Below are positions 1 to 12,563 of a stretch of 64,000 bases of DNA, in pieces. The DNA is from the human T2T-CHM13v2.0 reference genome, Homo sapiens, in assembly GCF_009914755.1 (NCBI RefSeq), contig NC_060933.1; one strand, given 5' to 3'. Made by a program: the position numbers and the translations under genes. How positions within the stretch are numbered: position 1 is the first letter of the stretch; every line of letters begins with the position of its first letter. The notes beneath the pieces were generated by a model. The model did not search any database, was not told the DNA's origin, and saw nothing but the letters and a program-made list of their open reading frames with translations.

Positions 1-2072
1 TTTCATTTGCTTGGTAAATATTCCTTCCTCTGTCCTTTTATTTTGAGTTTATATGTGTCTTTGCACGTGTGATGGGTCTCCTGAATACAGCACACTGATG
101 GGTCTTGAATCTTTATCCAATTTGTCAGTCTGTGTCTTTTAATTGGGGCATTTAGCCCGTTTACATTTAAGGTTAATATTATATGTGAATTGGATCCTGT
201 CATCATGATGCTAGTGCTTATTTTGCACATTAGTTGATGCAGTTTCTTCATAGTATCATTGGTCTTTATATTTTGGTGTGTTTTTGCAGTGGCTGGTACC
301 AGTTGTTCCTTTCCGTATTTAGTGCTTCCTTCAGGAGCTCTTGTAAAGCAGGCCTAGTGGTGACAAAATTCCTCAGCATTTTCTTGTCTGTAAAGGATTT
401 TATTTCTCCTTTGCTTATGAAGCTTAATTTGGCTGGATATGAAATTCTGGGTAGAAAATTCTTTAAGAATGTTGAATATTGGCCCCCACTCTCTTCTAGC
501 TTGTAGGGTTTCTTCAAAGAGATCTGCTGTTAGTCTGATGGGCTTAACCTTTGTAGGTAACCTGACCTTTCTCTCTGGCTGCCCTTAACATTTTTTCCTT
601 TGTTTCAACCTTGGAGAGTCTGACAGTTACATGTCTTGGGGTTGCTCTTCTTGAGGAGTATCTTAGTGGTGTTCTCTGTATTTCCTGAATTTGAATGTTG
701 GCCCGTCTTGCTAGGTTGGGGAAGTTCTCCCGGACAATATCCTGAAGTGTGTTTTCCAACTTGGTTCCATTCTCCTAGTCACTTTCAGGCACCTTAATCA
801 ATTGTGGGTTTTGTTTTTCACACAATCCCATATTTCTTGGATGCGTTGTTCATTCCTTTTCATTCTTTTTTCCTCTAATCTTGTCTTCATGCTTTATTTC
901 AGTAAGTTAATCTTCAATCTCTGATATCCTTTCTTCCGCTTGATCAATTCAGCTGTTGATATTTGTGTATGCTTCAGGAAGTTCTTGTCCTGTGTTTTTC
1001 AGCTCCATCAGGTCATTTATGTTCTTCTCTAAACTGGTTATTCTAGTTAGCCATTCCTGTGATCTCTCCCAGTCAGGAAGCATGGGGGTCAGGGACCCAC
1101 TTGAGGAGGCAGTCTGTTTCTTAGCAGAGCTCAAGCTGTGCTGGGAGAATCCTCCTTGTCAGGATCAGCTGCTCTCTTCAGAACCAGCAGGCAGGAATGT
1201 TTAAGTCCACTGAAGCTGTGCCCACAGCTGCTTCTTCCACTGGGTGCTCTGTCCCAGGGAGATGGGAGTTTTATCTATAAGCCCCTGACTGGGACTGCTG
1301 CCTTTGTCTCAGAGATGCCCTGCCCAGTGAGGAGGAGTCTAGAGAAGACAGTCTGGCCACAGCTGTTTTGCCATGCTGTAGTGAGTTCTGCCCAGTCTGA
1401 ACTTCCAGGCTTCCTTAGCACTGTCCGGGGAAAGCTGCCTACTCAAGCCTCAGTAATGGCAGATGCCCATCCCCCAACCAAGCTTGAGATCGTCCTAGGT
1501 CTACTTCAGATTGCTGTGCTGGCAATGAGAATTTCACACCAGTGGTTCTTAGCTTGCTGGGCTCCATGGGAATGGGACCCACTGAGCAAGATCACTTGGC
1601 TCCCTGGCTTCAGCAACCTTTCCAGGGGAGTAAACAGTTCTGTCTCATTGGGGGTTCCAGGTACCACTGGGTTACAAAAAAATAAAATAAAAAAAAAAAC
1701 TCCTGCAGCTAGCTCAGTATCTGCCCAAACAGCCACCCAGTTTTGTGCTTGAAACCCAGGGCCCTGGTGGTATAGGCACACAAAGGAATCTCCCGGTCTG
1801 CTGATTATAAAAACCATGGGAAAAGTGTAGTATCTGGGCAGGATTGCGTAGTCCCTCACAGCTTCCCTTGGCTGGAGGAGGGAAGGCCCTGGTTCGTTGC
1901 ACTTGCCAGGTAAGGCGACGCCCCACCCTGCTTCTGCTCACCCTCCTTGGGCTGTACCCACTGCCTAACCAGTCGCAATGGGATGAAATGCAGAATTCAC
2001 TCACCTTCTGCATTGGTCTCCCTGGGAGCTGCAGACCGGAGCTTTTCCTATTCAGCCATATTGCCAGATCCC
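1..2072 (-). mobile_element. LINE-1 (L1PA7/L1PA8-like) 5' portion: 5'UTR, degenerate ORF1, start of ORF2; continues off the left edge; internal deletion near 1060
   Basis: Minus ORFs give L1 ORF1p (ENFPNLARRANIQIQEIQRTP, RISYPAKLSF) and the ORF2 EN start (MTGSNSHIILTLNVNGLNAPIKRHR). L1 5' terminus GAGCTGCAGACCGGAGCT...GCCATATTG at ~2025-2072. Confidence 0.93.
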
Positions 2073-2717
2073 AGAAGGGAACTCTTATTACCCCTTCTCC
2101 TCTTCTTTAAATGAAGACTTTTCCTTTACCTTCTGGGAGATAGTAGTTTTAGAAGACAATTTACTTAGTCCTCTTTATGTAAGAATAACTTAATTGGATG
2201 AAGAACCAGAAAGATCCACTGGACCAAGTTCCTGTGGGAGAGGAAAATATTTTAAAATATATTAAGATTCTTTCCTCATGTGTGGCACTTCCTCTGGTTT
2301 CTTGCTTTTTTTTTAGACATATCTGTCTGCAAATGATGTTTCTTATCTCTTCTTCTGCCCCTCATGTGGTGAATACACTAGGGCACATATTTTTGGCTGT
2401 GTATCCTCTATCCCCTACTCCTCAAATGATTCTCTGGTGTCCCTACTTATGACTGGGTAGGTAAGAGAAGGGCTGATATAAATATTTTTGGACAGGGATC
2501 TGAGCTGCATTAGCCATTGCAGTTTGCCAGGGATCTTGGTATTCAAGGACATAAATATAATATCTTTTAAAAATTACCACATATTTCTCTAATTAGATCA
2601 TCTGGAGGAGTTGGGATCAGTTGGTATCCTAGAAAAGTCTCACTCCTACAATAGCTCCCAAATACCTAGCACATCAAGCCTAATTTCTGCTGCCTGTTTT
2701 TCAGAGCTCTCTGCAGT

Positions 2718-5700
2718 CTAGAAAAGGGAAAACTTACATATTAAGGAAATCCCATCAGACTAATAGCAGACTTCTTAGCAATACTTTACAAGCCAGAAAA
2801 GACTGGGGCCTATTTTTAGCATGCTTAAAGAAAAACAAAAGTTGAACAAGAATTTCATATCCTGCCAAACTAAGCTTCATAAATAAGGAGAAAGTCTTTC
2901 CCAGACAAGCACATGCTAAGAGAATTCATCACCACCAGACTGGTCCTATGAGGAACACTCAAGAGTAGTAAGCATGGAAATGGAAAAATACTTGCCATCA
3001 TAAAATCACATGTAATTACAAAGGCCACAGACCCTATAAAGCAAACACACAATTGAGACTACAAAGCAACTACCTAATAACACTATGACAGGAATAAAAC
3101 CTCACATATCAGTATTAACCTTGAAAGCAAATGGTCTAAATACTTGCCTTAGAAGACAGAGTGGTAAATTGGATTAAAAAACAAGACCGAACCTTCGGCT
3201 GCCTTCAGGAGGCCCATCTCACTTGTTTTGACACTTATAAACTCAAAGCAATGGAGAAAGATCTATCATGCAAATGGAAAACAAAAAAGAATAGGGGTTG
3301 CTGTTCTTGTATCATAAAGTGGACTTTAAACCAATACAAAAAAAAAAAAACCAAAAAGGGAATTATGTAATTGTAAAGGATTTAATTCAATAAGATATTT
3401 AAATATCCTAAGTATATATGCACCCAGCATCAGAGCACCCAGATTTATAAAACATATACTACTAGACCTAAGAAAAGATAGTCATACAATAATACTGGTA
3501 GTGGATTTCAACATCCCACTGGCAGTAGATAAATAATTGAGGCAGAAAACTAACAAACTCTGGGCTTAGACACTTGACCAAATGTACTTTGTAGACATCT
3601 GCAGATTACTCCACCCAACAATCAGATGATATATTATTTTCATCGATGCATGGAATTTTCTTTAAGATTGACCACATGCTTGGTCATAAAGCAAGTCTTA
3701 ATGACTTTTTTAAAAATAGAAATTATATCAAGCATCTCTGACAATAGTGGAATACAATTAGAAATTAATACCAAAAGGAACTCTCAAAACCACACAAATA
3801 TATGAAAATTAAACAACTTGCTCCTAAATGACTTTTGGGTAAACAACAGAATTAAGGCATAAAGCAAAACATTATTTGAATTACATGAAAACAGATACAA
3901 CATACCAAAACCTTTGGGATATGGTGAAAGCAGTGTTAATAGGAAAGTTTATAGTGATAAATGCATAGTGCAAGAAGATAGAACTTAACTTAACAACTTA
4001 ATGTTGCACCTAAAGGAACTAGAAAAAGGAATTAAATCCAAAACTAGCAGAAGCAAAGATCAGAGCTGAACTAAATGAAATTGAGACCAAAAAACCATAC
4101 AAGAATAAACAAAATGAAAAATTGGTTCCTGGAAAGGAAAAACGAGATTGCTAGACCAGTAGCTAGCTTAATCAAGTAAAAGAAAGAACATCTAAAAAAG
4201 CTTGATCAGAAATGACAAAGGTGACATTGCAACTAATGTTACAGAAATACAAAAGATCCACAAAGACTACTATGAACTTCTCTACGTGCTAAACTAGAAA
4301 ACTTAGAGGAAATAGATAAATTCCTAGATACATACAATCTGCCGAGATTGAACCAGGAAGAAATAGAAATCCTGAATAGACCAATAACAAGTTCCAAAGT
4401 TGAATCAGTAACAAAAAGAAAAATCTACCAACCAAAATAAGTCCTGGACCAGACGGATTCACAGCCAAATTCTACCAGACATACAAAGAAGAACTGGTAC
4501 CAATGTTTCTGAAACTATTCCAATAAATCAAGGAGGGAAGGATTCTTCCCTACCTCATTTTAGGAAACTGCCATCATTTTAATATCAAACTCTGACAGGG
4601 ACACAACTAAAAATACTAGACCAATATCCCTGATGAAGATAGATGCAAAAATTCTCAACAAAATACTAGCAAACTAAATCCAGTAGCACATCAAAAAGAT
4701 TTTATCATGATCAAGTGGGCTTTATTCTTGGGACACAAAGATGGTTCAACATACATAAATCAATAAATGTAACTCACCACATAAATAGAATAAAAAACCA
4801 TATAATCTCAGTAGATGCAAAAAAAACACTTTTGACAAAATCCAACATCACTTCATGATAAAAATTCTGAAGGAATTTACTGGAGGCATCAAAGGAATGT
4901 ACCTCAAAATAATGAGCCATCTATGCCAAACTGACAACTGTCATTACACTGAGTGGGCAAAAGTTGGAAACATTCCCCTCATAACTGGAATAAGACAAAG
5001 ATGCCCATTCTCACCACTTCTATTCAACATAGTATTGGAAGTCCTAGCAAGAGCAATCAGGTAAGAGAAAGAAATAAAAGGCATCCAAAAAGGAAAAGAG
5101 ATAGCCAAATCATCTGTTTGCTGATGATATGATTCTACACCTAGAAAACACTCACCATTCCTCCAAAAGACTCCTAGACCTGATAAATGACTTCACTAAA
5201 GTTTCAGAATACAAAATTAATGCACAAAAATAGGTAGCACTTCTATACAACATAATATTCCATCTGAGAACCAAATCAAGAGTGCAATCCAATTTATAAT
5301 AGCCACACACAAAAGAAAATACTTAAGCTTACATTTAACGAAGGTGATGAGAAATCTCTACAAGGAGAATTACAAAACACTGTTGAAAGAAACCCTAGAT
5401 GACACAAAGAAATGCAAAAACATTCCATGCTCATGGATTGAAAGAATCAGTATTGTTAAAAAGACTATACTGTGCAAAACAATCTGTGGATTCAATGTAA
5501 TTTCTATCAAATTACCAACGTCATTTTTCACAGAATTAGAAAAAACAATTCTAAAATTTATATGGAGCCAAACAAGAGCCTGAACAGACAAATCAATTCT
5601 AGGCAAAAAGAACAAGCCAAGGCATAACATTATTCAACTTCAAACTATACTACAAGGCTATAGTAACCAAAACAGCCTGGTACTGGTACAAAATAAACAT

Positions 5701-6969
5701 AGATCAATAAAACAGAACAGAGAACTGAGAAATAAAACTGCACACCTACAACAATCTAATCTTTGACAAAGTTGACAAAAACAAGAAATGAGGATAGGAT
5801 CCCTATTCAATAAAGGATGCTGGGAGAACTTGCTAGTTACATGCAGAATATTGAAGCTAGTCCCTTACCTTTCACCATACACACAAAAAAACCTTACATT
5901 TAAGTCTTTAATCCATAGTAAGACTCAAACTATGAAAATCCTAGAAGACAACCAAGGAAACACCTTTTTGGACATTGGCCTAGACAAAAAATTTGTGACT
6001 GAAACCTCAAAGGCAAATGCATTAAAAACAATAAATAATCAAAAGTGTAAATGGGAAACCTACAGAATTGGAGAAAATATTTGCAAGCCTATGTATCAGA
6101 CAAATATCCAGAACCTATAAAGAACTTAAACAAGAAAAAAGCAAGTAACAACATTAAAAAGTGGGCAAATGACATGAACAAAGACTTCTCAAAAGAAAAC
6201 ATAGAAGTGGTCAGGAAACATGAAAAAATGCTCGACATTGCTAATTATCAGAGAAATGCAAATTAAAACCCCAATGAGATAGCCATTCTGACTGCTATGA
6301 GATGACATCATTAACAAGTAAAAAAAAAAAATGATGTTGGTGAGGATGCAGACAAAAGGGAATGCTTATACACTGTTGGTACAAATGTAAATTAGTACAA
6401 ACTCTATGTAAAACAGTTTGAAGAGTTTTGCTTAGAACTAAAAATAGAACTGACATTTTCTCTCAGCAATCCCACTACTGGGTATCTACCCAAAGGAAAA
6501 GAAATTGTTCTATTATAAAGATACTTGCACTTGTATGTTTATTGTAGCACACTATTCACAATGAGTAAGTAATGGAATCAACCAAAATTTCATTCAAGGA
6601 TGATTTGATAAAGAAAATATGGTATTCTATGGTATATACATAGAATACTTTGCAACCACAAAAAAACGGTAAAGTCATGCCCTTTGCAGCAACATGGGTT
6701 CATCTGGAGGCCATTATTTTAAGTGAATTAACACTACATCAGAAAATCAAATACGACATGTTCTGATTTATAAGTGGGAGCTAACAATGGGTACACATGA
6801 AAGTAAAGATGGAAACAATAGGCAAAGGGGGAGAAAGGAGGGAAAGGGGGAGAAAAGCTACCTGTTCACTACTTGGTTGATGGATTCAATAGATGCCCAA
6901 ACTCCAGCATTATGCAATATAGCCATGTAACAAACCTACACGTGTACTACCCAAATCTAAAATTAAAAA
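2718..6969 (+). mobile_element. Older 5'-truncated LINE-1 (L1PA15/16- or L1PB-age): ORF1 end, disrupted ORF2, 3'UTR
   Basis: Fragmentary ORF2 peptides (WIKKQDRTFGCLQEAHL; [23 protein letters not shown]; LYKENYKTLLKE) and an L1PA-type 3' end (GTAACAAACCTACACGTGTAC...TCTAAAATTAAAA). Confidence 0.88.
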
Positions 6970-7242
6970 CTATTTATAGTCTTATTCCACTAATTATTCA
7001 GTCTTAGAACTATTGGCTGAATAGCTATTATATTTTATTTCCTCAGCTTGACCTTATGAAGATGATGAGATATGGAATCTTCTCAAAAGTCCTATGTATT
7101 GGTTTGATAGAAAGACATATAAATAAATAAACAATATATGTAATGTGCTAAATACCAGAGTTGAAAGATGTTCTGAGTACTATATGAACATGAAAGATAG
7201 CAGTAAGTTCTTCCTGGAGAGAGACAAAGGGACAGCATCAAA

Positions 7243-7243
<1 letters not shown>

Positions 7244-7282
<39 letters not shown>
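7244..7282. repeat. (CA)n microsatellite
   Basis: Direct read. Confidence 0.97.
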
Positions 7283-7285
<3 letters not shown>

Positions 7286-7504
7286 TGAATGGCTGATAAG
7301 AGTTTGTGAGGTAGAAATGTTGGGAGAGGGCATTCTAGGTAAGGGGAACAGCATAAAAAATAAGTCATGAACTTTATATTCCATACTCTATACGGGTCTC
7401 TGTCTACAAGCCATGACTACATGTATGTGTTTAAGTTGCTGTGTAAGCTTGTGAAACTTGTGGAAGAAATCAACTTAATACTCCATTAGATAAGCACTGT
7501 CAGA

Positions 7505-8600
7505 GGCTAGTCAAGATCTTTTGTGGTTCCAAACAAATTTAAAGCAATTCTGAACAGAAAGCTGGAGATATCATACTACCAGACCTCAAAATATACTACA
7601 AAGCTGTAGTAATCAGAACAGTATGATACTGGCATTAAAAACAGACACATAGATCAATAAGACAGAGCAGGAAAGCTGGAAATTTATCCACATATCTACA
7701 GCCAGCTGATTTTTGATGATGCTACCAACAACACTCACTGGGGAGAGGATAGTTTCTTCAAGAAATGGGAAACTGGATATCCATATGCAGAGAATAAAAC
7801 TAAACCACAACCTCTTACCCTATACAAAAATCAACTCAAAATGGTTCAAAAACCTAAATGTCAGACTAAAAATAACATTAGCAAAAGAAAACATAGGGGA
7901 AATGCTTCAGAACATTTGTCTGGGAAAAGATTTTATGAATAAGACCTCAAAAGCACAGGCAACAAAAGCACAAATAAACAAATGGGTTTATATCAAACTA
8001 AAATAAGTTATTACAGCAAAAGAAACAACCCTTAATGTGAGGAGGCAACTTACAGAATGGAAGAAAATAGCTGCAAACTACTTATTCAACAGGGGACTAA
8101 TATCCACAATTGACAAGGAACTCAGCAGCAAAAAAAAAAAAAAAAAAAAAAATCTGATTAAAAAAATGGACAAATGATCTGAGTAGACATTTCTCAAAAG
8201 AAGACATACAATTGACCAGCAAATACATGAAAAAATGCTTAAAAATTTCTCTAATGATTAGTGATGACTAATGATTAGAGAAATGCCGATCAAAACCACA
8301 AGGTGGAAGTATCCCCTCACCCCAGTTAGGATGGCTATTATCAAAAAGACAAAAAATAATACATACTTGTGAAAATGTGAAGAAAGAACTCATATGCTGT
8401 TGGTGGGAGTGTGAACTGATACAGCCACTGTGGAGAGCAGTATAAAGATCTGTTAACTACAAATAGAACCATCATATGATCCAAAAATCGTGGGCATTTA
8501 TCCAAAGGAAAAGAAGTCAGTATATTGATTGAGACATCTGCATTCCCATGTTTATTGCAGCACTATTCACAATAGCCAAGGTATTTACTCAACCTAGGTG

Positions 8601-8645
<45 letters not shown>

Positions 8646-9158
8646 CATGGAATATTATTCAGCCATAAAAAAGAATGAAATTCTATCATTTGTGGCAACA
8701 TGGATGAAACAGGAGGACATTGTATTAAGTAAAATATGTCAGGAACAGAAAGTTAAACACCATATATTCTCACTCATGTGGAAGCTAAAAAAAAGTTGAT
8801 CTCATAGAAGTAAACAATAGAGCAGAGGATACCAGAGGCTGGGAAGGGTAGGCAGAAGAGTGAAGTAGGGAGAGATTTGTTAAAGGATACAAAACAACAG
8901 CTAGATAGGAGGAGTTAAGTTCTAGTGTTCTTTACCACTGTAGGATGACTATAGTTAACTATATATTATATAGTTTAAAATAGCTAGAAGGAGGATATTG
9001 ACTATTTCTAATGCAAAGAAATGATAAGTATTTGAGATGATGGCTATATTAATTACCCAGATCTGATCACAATGAATTATATTTATAAAATCATCACTAT
9101 GTATTCCATGAATATGTACAATAATTATTTGTCAATGAAAAACAATAACATTTAAAAA
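7505..9158 (+). mobile_element. 5'-truncated L1MA (L1MA3/4-like) with a 36-bp 5' inversion and internal (CA)n
   Basis: ORF2 C-terminal peptides (MFIAALFTIAK...MEYYSAIKKNEILSF) and an L1MA 3'UTR (CTAGATAGGAGGAGTTAAGTTCTAGTGTTC). 7505-7540 is L1 sequence in reverse orientation. Confidence 0.85.
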
Positions 9159-10299
9159 ATGAAGGGTTTTTTTTTTACAGCTATAAGAGAGAGCCAGGAA
9201 AAGTGCTTTCTCTTTAATAAGAACATACACCACATGTGCAATGGAGGATTGATTACCACAACGCTCTTAAATTCATTTGCAGAGGGATGGTTTAATTACC
9301 ACAATAGTTGGCAAATTCATTTACAGTAAAAAAAAATTCAGTTTCCTCTAATAAACATATTATATAGATTACAGTTTCTTATAACAAATTCTTTTATAGA
9401 TTATGCAAACAAGTAAATTTTCCCATATCTAAATTCTGTATAATTAATGAATAAACGCAATTTTCCCTACAAAGAAGCTTTGTAATCATCATAGACTTCA
9501 AGTTTAAAAATGATGTTCCGTGGAAAGGAAATAAAAAATAAATGAACAAACAGAGAAAAACATTTATGGTTAACAGTTGAATATCTTGGAGTACTTTGAT
9601 ATACATTAAAAAGGGATTATAATTCATCATATCAAGAATTAGAGCACATAGAGACATAGATCATTCTAGTTTTCTACAAGTGCTTTCTATTTTTTTTGTA
9701 TTTCTGCGATCAGAATATAAACTTATAATCCTCTTTCTTATCTTATTGTAAAGAGCAATAGCCAGCTCAGTAATGAATTACTAGTCTCTTTTCAAGGATT
9801 TTCATCAAATATAATTGTAACTTCTATTTTTATAGCTTTGGTCAGTAAAAAAAGAACAAAGTCTTAAGTTCCTGTTTTCAGCAATCTATATTCTCAGTTC
9901 CTTCTAGATAAGGCTTCGTGATTGATTGGGTATGTGGGTGGTACGATCTGGTGAGGAATATGGCAGAGTTAAGATTATATTTAGTCTTCTCGCCTGGGAT
10001 GCTCCATGGATGGGGCTTGGGATAGGGATATATAATATTGATTGATGGAGAAGAAAAGAAAACATTGAATTCAGCTTTGGATATGTCAGATTGGAGGTAC
10101 TTGCGGCATAAACAAAAACAAAATAAGTTTTTTTTTCAAATAAAATTTTGTGGGATATCTCAAAATAGGAATAAGAATGAAGCAAGTATCAGAGTTCCCG
10201 ATTCCTACCTTTTCCAACATAACCTAATCATGTTCTGACTTTTTGGAGTGGTCTTTGAGTTCTTATAGTTCTATATAATATACTCCAAAAACCCGGATT

Positions 10300-10960
10300 T
10301 AGTCTACTACTCACCTTTCGTAAGTGAGGAAATTAAGATGAAAAGTAGCTTGTTAAAGGAGACATCTCAGGTAATTAGTGACTGGGTCATGAGCAGAACT
10401 CAGGTCTCCTGGCTCACCTGTCCATTACTCTGTCTAGAGTGTCTTGTCTACAGTTGGACACATAGTAGGTTGAAGGATGTAATACTTCCAAGTGCTTATG
10501 TGTTGATTGAATATCATGCCTAATGCCTACCACTTTTCTTTTTTAGCTTGATAGTTTAAAATTGGAATATTAAAAGTTCTGGAGATTTAATTCTGGTTAC
10601 ATTATGACAAGTCAAGTCATTTTATAAATATATTACAATAAAAGCATTCTATATATACTTTGAACTAGCAGTAAAATTCCCAAGCCTCAGGACACTATGT
10701 ATTTACTATATAGATATTTGTTGCATTGAGCCGCCATTATGACAAAAAATCCTTAGGGTTCATTATAATGGGATATAAATTATGTCTGGTATGATCGATG
10801 ACAATAATAAAGTTATAATATATTAATAAACACTGTTTACAAAACTTTTCCACATATATTATCATATTTTCATTCCTTAACAATCCTCGGGGAGAAGTTG
10901 TATTTCTCAGTTTTACAAACACATAAACTAAGACTTAGATGACTTTATTTCAAAGGTTAG
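10300..10960 (-). mobile_element. Two degraded MIR fragments (~10300-10420, ~10845-10950)
   Basis: MIR core-like antisense motifs (GTGAGGAAATTAAG...CAGAACTCAGGTCTCCTGGCTC; CAGTTTTACAAAC...AAACTAAGACTTAGA). Confidence 0.5.
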
Positions 10961-12227
10961 GATTCTAGTAGAATTCATTAGGTCTGCCAAATGATAAGAT
11001 TATATAGATTCAAAGCACCATATTCTAGAGATCAGCACCTGAATAGAAGGGTGTATAGGTGCAATAAATCTAAAAGTAGACATTTATCCATTTGTTAATT
11101 CATTAAGCATTTATTGAGCACCTTCTGTGTACCCAGCCAAAAATCTGAGAGAAAAAACAGTTGCCATTTTCAAGAATTTGACAGTGCTAATACAGCTAGA
11201 TTTAAGCAGCGGGAATGATTCAGCTGGAGACTAGGCATACTGTTTGTAATCAGACAAGAGCAGACAAAATAAATAAATAGATAAAAACCCAAGAATTTTT
11301 ACAGCCCGTGATATAATGCTGGCAACAAGGACAGAAGACTGGTTCCTCTGGAAAGTTCTAACAATTATAATGTATGAGTTCCTAGCATATGCCAGTATAT
11401 GATAATATTATGCAATGTTGAGAATAAGCTATGTTAACAAACTAGACACATTTAGAGTCTCACTATTTAAAAAAGATGAAAGATCTGATTCTTCCCATTG
11501 GTCCCAGATTAGATGTCGTTTTAGCAAGAAGTAGGAACTTTGTAGAGGATGCTTAGTAACAATTTTCCCTTTTACGTACGAGCAGGAAGTAACAGTGACA
11601 TTGAGGTAAGAATTTTCTGTCTGTCATCTTTCTCTTTTCCTATCCCTGTTCTCTGTCCCCAGCCCAGTCCTTGAATAAAGTCTTATACTTTGGGAAGAAA
11701 GTAGTGGACTTGTAGAATTACATGTATGGTCTATTTTTATGTTTCAACTGATGTAAAATATTAACTTTTTAATACTAGGTGCTAAATGTGCATAAGATTA
11801 AAATGTTAATGAAGAGAAGTACAATGATTACATATAAACCAATACATTGTAAAATTGAAACTAGCATTCTTTAAAAAAAATTTCTGTAAGTTCTTGGGGT
11901 ACAGGTGGTATTTGGTTACATGAGTAAGTTCTTCAGTGGTGATTTGTGAGATTTTGGTGCACCCATCACCCCAGCACTATACGCTGCACCATATTTGCAG
12001 TCTTTTATCCCTCACCCGCCCCCACTCTTCCTCCCAAGTCCCCAAACCATTGTATTCTTACGTCTTTGCGTCCTCATAGCTTAGCTCCCACATATCAGTG
12101 AGAACATGTGATGTTTGGTTTTCCATTCCTAAGTTACTTCACTTAGAATAATAGCCTCCTATCTTGTCCAGGTCCCTGCAAATGCTGTTAATTCATTCCT
12201 TTTTATGGCTGAGTAGTATTCCATCAT

Positions 12228-12563
12228 ATGTACATATATATCATCATATATATCATAAATATATCATCATATATATCATATATATCATCATATATCATAT
12301 ATGTCATCATATATATCATGTCATATATCATCAATCATCATATATATCATATATATCATCATATATATGATATATATCTCATATATATCATCATATATAT
12401 GATATATATCTCATATATATCATCATATATATGATATATATCTCATATATATCATCATATATAATATATCTCATATATATCATCATATATATGATATATA
12501 TCTCATATATATCATCATATATATATACACACACACACACACACAAACACACATACACACACA
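12228..12563. repeat. AT-rich (CATATATAT)n-derived minisatellite followed by (CA)n, inside the L1PB 3' region
   Basis: Direct read; ~32-bp unit TATATATGATATATATCTCATATATATCATCA repeated several times. Confidence 0.9.

Noticed and set aside
1138-1752. 204-aa plus-strand ORF as a novel gene
   Set aside because: It lies wholly antisense within an L1 5'UTR (the ORF0-homologous region), starts at a non-ATG codon and has no independent coding signal.
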